DNA of 64,000 nucleotides from Squalus acanthias (taxonomy: Eukaryota), in assembly GCA_030390025.1 (NCBI GenBank), contig JASTWF010000033.1, positions 5,272,001 through 5,336,000 on the forward strand. Direction: 5' to 3'. The notes beneath the pieces are model-generated. The model made no database searches. It saw nothing but the letters and a program-made list of their open reading frames with translations, and was not told the DNA's origin. Each line of letters starts with the position of its first letter. The first letter of the stretch is position 1. Shown here one piece after another: positions 36,747 to 48,844 of this stretch. Made by a program: the position numbers and the translations under genes.

Positions 36747-38405
36747 ATTGTTCAGAATCTCACTGACTGACTGTCTGACTTGAAGTGAAGTGAAATAAAG
36801 TGCAATAAAATAATACACTGCAGCATTATATGTGGACCAGGCCAGAATGAAATCAATAGTGTTTAATACAACAACAGCAAGATAGCAGACCACATCTCAC
36901 ACAAACACCAGCTTTTGCCCGCTATCACACACACACACACACTCACAGCCTGGCCAGCCTTCAGAGGGATGACTGCTGTGCTGGAAAAATAAAACCAAAA
37001 ACTTTTAATTACCTTATCTTTTCACTTTGTAGCCTGCAAAAACAGGCTTTCTATTCTGCATCTTGCCTTTTGGTTTAATGTCTCTCTCTCTCACTGACTG
37101 TCTGTCTGTCTGTCACTCACACACTCTCCTTCCCACTGACATTGAACTAAAATTTACAGTGACGTGGCACACAGACTCACACAGACCCTGCAATTTGAGG
37201 AAACACAGACACCCACGCACAAACAGACACACTCACACATACCTTGCAATTTGCAGAAACTTACACTCACACACACACATCCATTATGAAAGGGGTGCAG
37301 CCTGGGATTGTCAATTTTTGATGATGTCCCTTCCTGGCTGTGCAGCCATGTTCGATGAGGACAATCCAACAGGAAAAAGTGACGCCGAGGCCGCAGAAAT
37401 CCGGGTCCCCGAGAGGAAATGAAAGCCCGGGAGGGTGAAAAGAAGGAAATACAATCAGGAATAAATAATAATATATATAATTTACTTGTGTTAACTAAAT
37501 GTCTGTCTGTCTGTGATTTGAGTGGAGTGGAATAAAATGAATGGAAAGATCCCACAGCATCTTTTACTCTGAAAGCTCCCCACAAGCATTTCCCCGATAA
37601 AGTCCAGTCCAGAAAATATCAAATGGCTTAATGTATATATGTCGCTTTGATTTTTTCAAGTCTTGAAAGAAAGGCAAAGTAAGATCCCACAAGAGTGCGG
37701 TCTGGAATGATATCAGCACGATCTAATTGTGTATACTTTGTTTTTTTCAGACATGATATGCAGTACCAATGCACACTGCAAATAACTTGAACTCAGGCAA
37801 GCCCTGCATACACACCAGCTTTTGCTGTCTGTCTCTCTCTCTATCTGTCTCTCAAACACACACACAGTCCAGCCTGCAAAATTGCCACACAACACTGCCA
37901 GAAATGAAAGAAAGTTGATTCCTATCATTGCTCTGCTGTGTTTTGCAGTTTAAAGCAAAAAGACACTTCTCAGTATCTTATCTATCCATTTGGCGGCCTA
38001 CAGAAACAAGCTCTCTATTCTACATCAAAATCAAAATACTGCAGATGCGGGAAATCCAAAATAAAAGCTGAAAATGCTGGAAATACTCAGTAGTTCAAGC
38101 AGCAACTGTGGAGATTGAGAAAATCAGAGATAATGTTTCAGCTCGATGACCTTTCATCAGATTCTGTCAAGGTCCTGCCGAATGATGGAGCTGAAACGTT
38201 AACTCTGTTTCTCTCTCGCCCCACAGATGCTGCTAGACCTGCTGAGCATTTCCAGCATTTTCTGTTTTGATTTCTGTTCTGCACATTGTCTTGATTTCAT
38301 GTGTCTCTCTCACTATCTGCCTGGTCTCAATTTGAGTGGAGTGGAATAAAAAGAATGCAAAGATCCCAGAGCAACTTTTACTTCTGACACTCCACAATAT
38401 ACATT

Positions 38406-39673
38406 TGTAGGGGGAGGCAGTGGGGTTAGCCTTCACCTCTGACTCAGTGAGCGGTTCGATTCGCTCCCACGCCCCTGGTTCCTGGACTTTGGACTTATTT
38501 AGGGGTTGTGAACAAAGAGTCAGTAGACAACAGGCTCTGATGAAAGAATTTTGACTTTATTAAAAGAAAAAGGTAACAAACTTAAAACACACGTAATATT
38601 TAAACACAGGTTGGAGAACACACAGACAGGCGAGGGAGAATGACGATATACAAAAAAACCTTAACCCTCCCAAAAATCCCACTATCTAGCTAGGTTTTGG
38701 TTTCAGGGGATCAGGGATAATGCTCACAAAACGAATCCTTGACAGTTGAGAGTTAGGGTTTAGAGTATTTTGAGTAAAAGGTTTTGTAAGTCCCTTGTTG
38801 CCGCGTGGTGTCCAATGGTCACTGAGGCAGTCGCTCTGGCATCTTCTTGTGTGTTGGTCTGTTTGTGAAGTTGTTGGCCTTTTTTCCTCCTCCTCCTCGT
38901 GGCTTGTGGTGTCTTTGCTGGAGCAGAGCTGAGAGAGAGAGGTCTGTGCGAGCGTTGTCAGCGAGTCGAGAGAGAGAGAGTCTTGGGGGTATAGGCCCCC
39001 AATTATACTGGTTCTGCCCCTTTGTCCTTTTCGCGCCCAAAACCCCTTACTAAAACGGTTTCCTTTAGATTTCAAATGAGCCCTGTTTATTCCATTGTTT
39101 TAGTTTTGGCGAGCTTGTTAGTTTCGATGGCTTTAACTTGGTGTTAAACATGTCCTGATAGCTTCAGATTTAGTCAAGGCCTTTATCTGCGCGCCAAAAC
39201 TTGTCCCTATTGTCCTAGGTTTTTGGTGAGCTTTTAAATCTGTCCTGTGGATACCTGGTTGATTTGTTTTTGATGAAGTAAATCGGGGTACTAAATGTTT
39301 TATTGATTTCAGGCTTCTGGTATCCTGCTTGGGCCTGGAAATTTCAAAAGAGGTCTTGGATTATTCATATTTCGATGTGTGTGTGAGGCTTTTGGGTTTG
39401 TATCTTCCTCCTTGGTAGGAAGGCAGTGTAAACACATTCCCAGACAGCTTGATTGGGCCCCAATACCCAAAGCTGTCCACTGCCTGGCCATGCCCCTCCG
39501 CAGCCTGTCTGTGTCTGTGAAAGTTGTCTTTCCCAACAGTAAGATTCAAAAAGTCATTTTCCTCAGGGTTTTTCTTCCTTGATCCTTAAAAATGTCCAAA
39601 ACTGAGGTTTTTACTTCAAATCAGTTCACTTAGGGTTCTGTTCGAGTTTCTGGGGGATTTTGCGAAGCCTACA
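38406..39673 (-). mobile_element. Solo LTR (LTR-A)
   Basis: TGTAGG...CCTACA termini; colinear with LTRs B and C; host duplication sequence continues on both sides. Confidence 0.9.
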
Positions 39674-41029
39674 ATTTCAGTATCTCATTCTTTTACTTTG
39701 CAGCCTAACCAACAGGCTTTCTATTCTGCATCTTGCCTTTTGATTTCAAGTCTGTCTCTCTCACTGAATGTCTGTCTGTCCCTCTCTCACTCACACACAC
39801 TTCCTCCCACCCACATTGAACTAAAATTTACAGTGACATGTGTAAGGGGTATCGTAATCGCTCCCACACCCCTCCGGTTCTTGGACTTTGGACTTATTTA
39901 GGGGTTGTGAACAAAATTGCAGTAAACAGGTTCTGATGAAAGAATTTTACTTCATTTATAGAAAAAGGTAACAAACTTGAAACACACGTATTACTTAAAA
40001 CACAGATGGGGAGCACACGGTACAAGCGAGGGAAATGACAATATATCAAGCAAAACCTTATCCCTCCCAAAGATCCCACTATCTAGGTCGGTTTTTGTTT
40101 TCAGGAGATCGGGGATAATGGTCACCAACGAATCCTTGACAGGATTTTTTAGAGTCTTTTGTTTAAAAGACTCCGCAAGGCCCTTGTTGCTGCGAAGTGT
40201 CCGATGGTCACTGAGGCAGTCGCTCTGGTTTCTTCTTGCGTGCTGGTCTGTTTTCTGGCCTTCTTCCTCGTGGCTTCTGGTAGGTTTTGCTGGAACAGGG
40301 AGAGAGCTGTGTACGCCTGGTCAGCCAGTCCGAAAGAGAGAGAGATTATGGCACAGGCTTTCAAGTTATACTGTTTCTTTTTTACGCCTAAAAAACTCTT
40401 ACTAAAACGGATTCCTTTTGGTTGCAAATGAACCTTGCTTAGTCCAATTGTCTAGTTTTGGCGGGCTTGCCAGTTTCGATGGCTTTACCTCAGTGTTAAA
40501 CATGGCTTGATCGTTTTCCGATTTAAACACAGCCTTACCTACGCGCCAAATCTCCATCCTACTGTTCTAGGTCTGTTGGCGGGCTTTAAAATCTGTTCTG
40601 TGGATACCTGGTTGATTGTTTTTTTTGATGGGATAATGGCTATGAAACTGTGTGATCGAAATTTTATTGTCAGGAATCGTTTTTAGATTTCCAGCCTCTT
40701 TTTTGCCCCTGGGGATTCATATTTGAATGTGTTTGTGAGTTTTTGCTTTGTCTCTTGCACCTTGGTAGGATTCGCAGTGTAAACAATTCCCAGACAGCTT
40801 GATCTGTTCACTGTTCGGCCACGACCCTCGAAGCTTGTGTCTGTGAAAGGTGTCTCTCCCAACAGTAAGATTCAAAAAGTTTCCACAGTTTGTTTTCTTC
40901 CCTGATCTTTAGGTTTTTACATCAAATAACTTCACTTAGGCCCCATCATCCCAAGATTGTATGAAAAGTCCAAAAATCACTCCCTTTAGCGCACTGTTCG
41001 AGTTTCTGGTGGATTTTGCGAAGCCTACA

Positions 41030-42309
41030 TAAGAACATAAGAACATAAGAAGTAGGAGCAGGAGTAGACCAATCGGCCCCTCGAGCCTGCTCCGCCATTC
41101 AATGAGATCATGGCTGATCTGATCCAACCTCAACTCTAAAGAACACAAGAAGCAGATGCAGGACCCGGCTACTTGGCCCCTGGGCCCGCTCCGCCACCCA
41201 CAGGGCCTTGACCGATCCGAACTCAAACTCTTGTCCAATTTCCAGCGGGAACATCCTCCCCGCATCCACCCGATCCAACCCCTTCACAATCTTATATGTT
41301 TCAATAAGATCGCCTCTCATTCTTCTGAACTCCAATGAGTAGAGTCCCAATCTTCTCAACCTCTCCTCATATGTCCACCCCCTCATCCCGGGGATTAACC
41401 GAGTGAAGCTTCTTTGTACTGCCTCGAGAGCAAGTATGTCTTTTCTTAAGTATGGACACAAAAACTGTATGCAGTACTCCAGGTGCGGTCTCACCAATAC
41501 CCTATACAACTGCAGCAATACCTCCCTGTTTTTATATTCTATCCCCCTAGCAATAAAAGCCAACATTCCATTAGCTTTCTTGATCACCTGCTGCACCTGC
41601 ATACTAACTTTTTGATTTTCTTGCACCAAGACCCCCAGATCCCTTTCTGCTGCAGTACTTTCCAGTTTCTCGCCATTAAGATAATAACTTGCTCTCTGAT
41701 TTTTCCTGCCAATGTGCATAACCTCACATTTTAAAATATTGTATTGCATCTGCCAAATCTTTGCCCACTCAGCCAGCCTGTCTATATCCCCTTGTAGGTT
41801 TTTTATGTCCTCCTCACTCTCTACTTTCCCTCCCATCTTTGTATCATCTGCAAACTTTGATATGTTACACTCGATCCCCTCCTCCAAATCTTTAATATAG
41901 ATTGTAAAGAGTTGGGGACCCAGCACCGACCCCTGCGGAACACCACTGGCTACTGGTTGCCAGTCCGAGAATGAACCATTTATCCCAACTCTCTGCTTCC
42001 TGTTAGATAACCAATCCTCCACCCATGCCAGAACATTACCCCCAATCCAGTGATTTTTTATCTTGAGTAATAATCTTTTATGTGGCACCTTGTCGAAATT
42101 CCTTCTGGAAGTCTAAATACACTACATTCACTGGATCCCCTTTATCCACCCTGTACGTTATGTCCTCAAAGAACTCGAGCAAATTTGTCAGACATGACTT
42201 CCCCTTCTTAAAGCCATGCTGACTTTGTCCTATTAAATTATGTTTATCTAAATGTTCCGTTACTGTCTCCTTAATAATAGACTCCAAAATTTTACCCACC
42301 ACAGATGTT
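41030..42309 (-). mobile_element. 5'-truncated CR1 inserted at the provirus PPT
   Basis: RT ORFs 41108-42088 and 42078-42302; (AAGAACAT)n tail abuts LTR-B. Confidence 0.92.
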
Positions 42310-42582
42310 TGATACTATAACTGAATTAGTATCATTAACAGGTGAGCAAAATTTCCGAGCCCCGAAAACCAGCCTTCCCCTGTATTACCTAATCTAAAAA
42401 CCCAAACATTCATTCCCCTTTTGAAAGTGGTGTTTCCAGTACATACAGGTAAGAATCAATCTTTATTTCACTTCCAAGCACAGAGAGGGTCCGACACCCC
42501 TGCACAGCTTGGAAAAAACACATCATACACATCATAAAAATGACACAACACATATACAGCATTTTTTATTAAAAGATAAAAT

Positions 42583-44920
42583 TCAAGGTTCGTTCCATCC
42601 TTGGCCAAAGCCTTTATTTTGAAGCACTTCCCAAGTCCCTTCGTGTCTGGAGCGGAGCTCCCCGTCCCTTCCCCTGCTCTTTGTACACAGCGGGTAGAGA
42701 ACTATCCCGAGCTGGCAGACCACCAAAAGAGCGGGAAACCATCCTGATCCAGGAAGGCACCTCTATATTCTCGAAAATATCCCACCAGGGTGGAAATACT
42801 ATATCCAAAATCTCTGCCCCTATTTCAACTGCTTTCTGTTCCAGGGTGTATAAATGTTTTTGTGAAATCTCTACAGATTTAAGTAGGATGGTAAGATGTT
42901 CGGGTAGAGGGGGAATTTTATATCCAAAGTAAGTCACATACTTTTGCAGGTTGGTGATGTTTTCTGTTACAGTGAGGTGAACGGTGGAGGGTTCAAGAAT
43001 GGGGACAATCCGTTCCTGGGCCACTTGAAATTCTGCCTCGGGTTTAAAGCAGAAACTGCTTTCACTTACCGGACACCAGAAGTGTCCATGCTGGTAGTGG
43101 GACGCAGCTGTGGTGAGACAATATTTCCAACCCCCTATATATGCTACTTGTGGGGAAACATGGCCGCGTGCCATCACCTCCATGGTACAATTGATAGGTC
43201 GTGCGCCAGCAGCTTTAAACCCGCACTGTGGTTTGGAATAGGCGTTCAAGTGCTGGGGACACAGTATTATGTGTGAACCCGGCTCCGGCACCCAGAGAGG
43301 TCAGTATCTGTCATGGCGTGCTCCCACTTTATGACATAAGGTGGGACCGCTGTAAAACGGATGTGTGCACCCCGTTGAATGACTCCAATGTTCTCCACCC
43401 TGTATACCGGTACGGGTCGGGCTGTCCCACTCATGACCGGCATTCTCACTACTATCCCCATGATAGTGTGATTTGAACGCCCACAATCTATTGGGACAAG
43501 GTAAGCTTCAGAGGCTAGAAGAAATTGGCATGGGCTCAGCGAATTACTAAACGGGTGGATGGCTGCGAGGTGCTTGTTGCTGATCCAGGAGGGGACAAAA
43601 CCTTGCTTTAAATCCTCCAGGTTGCTACGGCCCTCGCCCAGCAACCATGCCCCGTACAGCGCACACACCTCATTCTGTGCAGCCTGATCCGATGCATTCC
43701 TATCCTCCAGTATGAGTGCATTTACTGTTTTGGCATGCCTTTCCAATTCTGCAATAATTTCCTTTAAATGAACCGTCATAGCTTGGTCCTCATGTAGCTC
43801 TGAGCCTACCACTGTGTTCCCATCGTTCAGGATCTTTCTTAACTGGGTTTTTAAACCATTTATCTGTGTCTGTAATTCCATATCATCCAGGCTATTTATT
43901 ACAGAGGACCCTGTACTATAGTCAGTGAAGACATCATTCCAGGCTCCCCTTCTTTGTCTACCCGTGCCCGTAGGGTTCTCAGGGTGGGTTCTGTATAGCT
44001 CTACCTTGTCTATATTGGCAAAATCAAATTCGTAACATTTCCTAAATATTTCCTTTAGCAGGGCCTGGTACAGCTGCTCCGTCTCCTTGAGACACCACTC
44101 AGGTAAGTATACCTCGGTAAGGTTTAATATTACTGAAGCTACTCCATAGTGTACCCACTGGTATAGTACCTTTTCGGTTGGTACTAGAACTAACCCATTC
44201 CCTGGTCCTAGTGTTGGTAGGGCACTTTTCTTCCAGGGTCGTGGGTAGGGGCTTTAGGGTGTGTGCCACGAGTTCAGTGGCATTAACTGGGACCGGAATG
44301 TGTGGGACCACGCACCCATGCAGGCTAGAATCCCAGCCTATCCCCTCCCCGGCATCTTGCCATTGGCTGGAGAAGCTGATGGATAACCCTGTGGGGCAGG
44401 CTTCCTCTGATCCCCACATACAAACATAGACTCCCTGTTCCGAATCCCACCACTTATTCCAACAAACACTTACTCCTCCTTGGGTCCCTGTGATTGTCCG
44501 GTGGGTGTCGTTCCCTAATCTTTCACAGTCGGCTGTATGGTACCCTGCGTCCCTGCTCAGCTTCCTGAGCCACCACCACCTGTTCAGCGGAATTCGTCCC
44601 TTACAGGTAAGGCACACACGCTTCCCCTCGGTGACACTGATCTTTGTGGCAACGACCTGTATTCTGGGGCATGGGAGGAAGGCCTCCCCGTACGTGAACC
44701 CGGGCTGGTTGAAGTATTTAGTAGAGTGGGACCCCAGCCACCCTGGCCACCTTCCCTCGTGGAAGTAGATGGCGAGCTCCTCCACTCCTCGCTCGCCAAC
44801 CCCTGCGGTGATGACTGGTGCTCTCACTCCTGAGCACCCATAGATGTGGGAGTCCTCCACGTCACCTCGGTCACCGATGCTCACCCCTACCAGGGCGAGC
44901 AGGAGCAGAAACCTTGTCAT
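42583..44920 (-). pseudogene. env: env: signal peptide, Ig-like domain, class I fusion protein with TM; three frameshifts
   Basis: MTRFLLLLALVGVSIG; VTEGKRVCLTC...WWWLRK...DSEQGVYVC; RQRR furin site at 43948-43959; heptad repeat; TM LLVVCQLGIVLYPLC. Frameshifts near 44222, 43278 and 42730. Confidence 0.8.
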
Positions 44921-45376
44921 TCCGAAGTCCTTTCTGTCGGGGCACACACAAAACATTTATCCATGTCCCAGAAAGGTTCTCTGGCTGGATAACTAATCAA
45001 GCCCTTAAACTTAAAAAAAAACTCTACAAACAACTAAACTAATGATAACCCATAACCACCAAAAATGCAATTACTTAAAACCGAAACAAATCTGTACGTT
45101 TGCCGCCCGTCTCCGGACGGCCAGGTCAAATCCTGTTTAGTCTCTGCCTTATGTTGCCTCTGGATGGATTGTACATCTGGGTGCAGTGCGGCCTGTACCG
45201 CCGGACACAGAAGGCTTTCCTCAAAACCGCTGGGGGTATCTTAGCATCCCAGCTGCGTCCTGTGCTGCAGCACACTATCCCCTTTGGTGTGGCTGCAGCG
45301 CCCTCGATCATATCTGTGGGCTCCTCAATGTCTGAGGCTGCAGGCTGGGGACCCTTCTCTCTCTCTTCTCCCAGTA

Positions 45377-47045
45377 CTACCTCTCCTGTGAAACCCTTAC
45401 TGTTGGAGGCTGTAGGCTGGAATCCCCAACTTTAGAACGCTCCCTGCTCTTGGGCGCTCTTCTTCGGTTTGCAACCCTCGTTGGGTGGGACCCTCTAAAA
45501 ATATACACCTGTGGCGACAGTAGCCTTTGCTGTGGCATGCGAGGAGACCTTATTAGGGCTCTGGCCACTGGGGATGTGCTTGAGTCCCACATAATCGGTG
45601 GAGTGACATCTCCTGTGAAACAACACACTGTCCCTCCCGCTGCAGTTTGTGCGTCTGCCACAGTTGCGGCTGGCTGCGGAATTCTAACTTGGGGACCATC
45701 CCCCTTTGCCCGCTGTTCCCTTTTAGGTTTAAACAGTTTGCATTGATTGATATGAAAACACTTTGTACGGCGGGGCATCTTTATGGCATAGACCATGGGG
45801 CTTGCCTTATCTACAATGTTGTAGGGCCCCGTGTACAATGTTTCGAAATTCCCTACCCGGGCAAAATTTCTCACCATCACCTGATCTCCAACCTCACACT
45901 CGTGGTGCTTGTTTGGTTCCAGCAGCAATCGGTTACACCGATGCTGTTTTCCCATGTTACTCGCAGCCTGCCAGTGGACCTATTTAAGGTGGTCCAACAG
46001 ATTCCTGACGAATCTGTCTCGGTTCACCTCCCTGAGCTGCCCTTCCGTGAGCACCGGGGCTAGCACATGTGTGGGGGTCGTCATAATTCTTCCAGTCATG
46101 AGCTGGTGTGAGGAATACCCCGTGCGTTTTGACTCGCTGGCCCGGATCCCCATTAGGACCAACGGTAAGGCTTCTACCCACTTTTTGGGTGAGTCTCCAA
46201 TCTCCTTTCACAGACTTTCTTTCATGGCACGGTTTAAACGCTCCACAATCCCTGATGACTGTGGGTTGTGGGCGACGTGCCATTTCCCTTCTATGTCGAG
46301 TACCCTGAGGGTCTCTTGCATGACCTGCCCAGTAAAGTGACTCCCCTGGTCTGACTCCAAATACAGTGGGAGCCCCCACCGTGAGAACACTTCCCTGACC
46401 AGGATCCTGGCTTTACCCAAAGCGGTTGCTGTTCGACATGGAAAAGCTTCCACCCACTTTGAGAAGACATCCAGCAAGACTAGGCAGTATCTGTAGCCTC
46501 CCTGAGCGGTGTGTAGGGGCCCGATTTAGTCGACCTGCATCGACTGCCATGGTCCCTCTACCTTCCTGATGTGTCCCATAGATATCTTCCTTTTCTGGGG
46601 GTCAGGGTTGTTAGCAGCACACACCAGACAGCCTGCACAGAACTCGCAGACATCCTTCCTCACTCCTGGCCACCATCCTGCCTGTTCCACCAGCTGCCAG
46701 GTGCTCTCTGGCCCGGGATGCCCCCCTCCTGAACCCTCATTGGCCACTTGGAGGAATTTCCTTCGGTTCTGCTGCGGCACTACCCATTGTTCCCCCCTGA
46801 ACAGCATGCCTTCTTTGTGGGTGATGGCTGCTGCGCCGTATGTGCCCTCTACCTTCTTCCCTCTAGCCAGCGTTTCCAGGACAGTTTTTAGGATGGGATC
46901 CTGTGTCTGGACCGTCTTTAGGTCCGGGTCAATGCTACCCCTGCACTCCCTTGGGTCCCTCCTCTGCCTCAGATTGCTGCTACCGGGTTTGATCCATATG
47001 GATCCCAAAACGTGCCTGTACTGGCGCCCTCTTTGGCCAACATGT
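45377..47045 (-). pseudogene. pol: pol remnant: RNase H end plus integrase (stops and frameshifts)
   Basis: DMLAKEGA; GGHPG...CAGCLVC; LDVFSKWVEAFP; SDQGSHFTG; PQSSGIVERLNR; GPY module. Confidence 0.9.
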
Positions 47046-47049
47046 CGTC

Positions 47050-48844
47050 TTGGTGATTAGACCGCCAGTGGCTGTAGCTACCTTCCCTGGGCCATCAAAT
47101 AGGACTCTGATGGCCGCTACTATTTTGTCCAGTGTGGGGGAAGAGGTCGGTGCCTCTACTTTTAGGGCAGGAGTTGGGGACTTCTTTGCTAGCCTATCCT
47201 TCCAGGGATTCCTACAGTCCTTTCTCCAGTGTCCAGTGCTCCCGCACCCGAAGCAGCTACGCTTCGTGTCGGAGGGTTTCCCATCTTACTGGTGCCGCTC
47301 CTGCTTTTCCTGACTGGGCTTTATCACATGCACCTTCCCTTTCGGTGGGGTGTCTTCAGCTCCCCTACCGTTGCGATAGGCTAGGGTCAGTTGCCAGCTC
47401 ACTGCCTCCACGGTGACCCGGGGGTCTTTCGGGTCAAATAAAAGCTCAGCCTTGGTTTTTATTCGTGGCAAGCTGTTTGCCACTAGGCTATAGCCAGTGG
47501 GCCAGCTCGTCCCTGTTCAGGTTAGCTCGATCGAGATCCCCATTTCAAGCACCCTTGTACACCGGCCACAGTCTGTCTGCGAAAGCCTATGGGGTCTCCC
47601 CTGCGAGCTGCACTGTTTTATTCACCCGGGAGAAAGGACTTCCCTCATTCATTCCCATGGACTCTAAAACCTCCTCTCTGACGGCGGCATACCCATTCCG
47701 TCCTCACTTGCTCTCAGTAGAGAGGGACTGTTTAGTTTGCAATCTAATGAGAACAGGAGCATTTTTGCCAGCTCGGCATCATCACAGTCGCTGATGCCTG
47801 CTGTCTGCTCCAACTCCATGAAGTGGACTGAGGGGTCTTCCTTTTGGGTAAGTTTACTCAGGTGGCTTACCATAGCCCTAAGCTGTTGTGTACCGTGGGG
47901 AGCCAAGAATTGACTTTCAAGGGGTCCCTGACCTCCACCACCGGCGGGCGGGCCAAACATTTGCTGTCGTGCTGGGCACATTGGCCCTGGCTCCGACTTC
48001 TTCTGCATCGGTTTGCCCTCCTCTCCCTGCTGCCAGACCGAGTCAAAACTCGGCGCCACAGGTGCTGGTGTGCACTCCCTGTCAGCATCACAGATTGTCT
48101 GCCCCTCCTGCCGCCTAACCAAGCTTCTCCTTGGCGCCACAGGTGGTGTTTGAACAGTCTCCCCTTGCTCTTCCAGGTCTACCTGGGCCGCACCCGGGCT
48201 TATCAGGCACAGCATGCCTTTTGTCTTGGACAGAGCAAGGTTCAGACTCTCAATCTGCTTCTGACAGGGACCGTGGTCCCTAACTTAAACTCCCTTGTAT
48301 TGGCGTCTCTGTAAGCTGCCTAAACATCGTTTAACTTCTCTGTGAGTTCCCTTAATTGCTTGGCAAGGCGGGTGTTCTCTTCCCGCAATGCCAGTTCACT
48401 ACTTTTGGCCTCGGTGGCCTGACACTGGAGGTATCACTTACTGGCACGGTGATCCTCCAGTATCTGTGACTGTTCCTGATCTTTTGTGCCGAGCTCTGCT
48501 AACAACTTCCCCCCATCTATACCTCTGGCACGGGACAGTTGGCTTTCTTCCTTTAGCTCTTCTGTGAGAGCCTGAATGCGCTTCCCCATAAGCTGCATAT
48601 GTTTCTGGGAGCAGACCAACCATATGCCTTTCTCCACAGACTTATTGTATTCCTTGCTCTCAGTCCATGCAGCTGCAGCGTCCATAGGACATTCAGCATG
48701 CAACAGCCTGAGGACCCATTGCTTGGTGATATTGATCTTTTTTTATACATCGGATGACATCCTCTCTTCCATTTTTGTTCTCTCCTCAAAACCACCATTT
48801 ACTGCTTCACAACCCTTTTGCCAAAGTCCTGCCGCGGTCGCCAT
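47050..48844 (-). pseudogene. gag: gag with coiled-coil N-terminal half and one CCHC zinc knuckle
   Basis: CFGCGSTGHWRKDC at 47214-47255; heptad-rich IQALTEELKEE...LREENTRLAKQLRELTEKL; lies between PBS and pol. Confidence 0.8.
48826..48843 (-). promoter_or_regulatory. Primer binding site for tRNA-Arg(TCG)
   Basis: TGGCGACCGCGGCAGGAC, 3 nt inside LTR-C; complementary to the 3' end GTCCTGCCGCGGTCG-CCA, recalled as vertebrate tRNA-Arg(TCG). Confidence 0.85.

Larger units (their letters stand above)
34450..38405 (+). repeat. Local segmental duplication (34450-36020 vs 37430-38405), with further partial copies
   Basis: Colinear similarity (GGGTGAAAAGAAG...GATCCCACAGCA...CACACCAGCTTTTGCTG...CCAGCCTGCAAAATTGCCAC), including a shared Penelope-end inverted repeat. 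Confidence 0.85.

Noticed and set aside
44099..44956. Host Ig/TCR V gene
   Set aside because: Lies inside the provirus after a viral acceptor; no leader intron or RSS seen.
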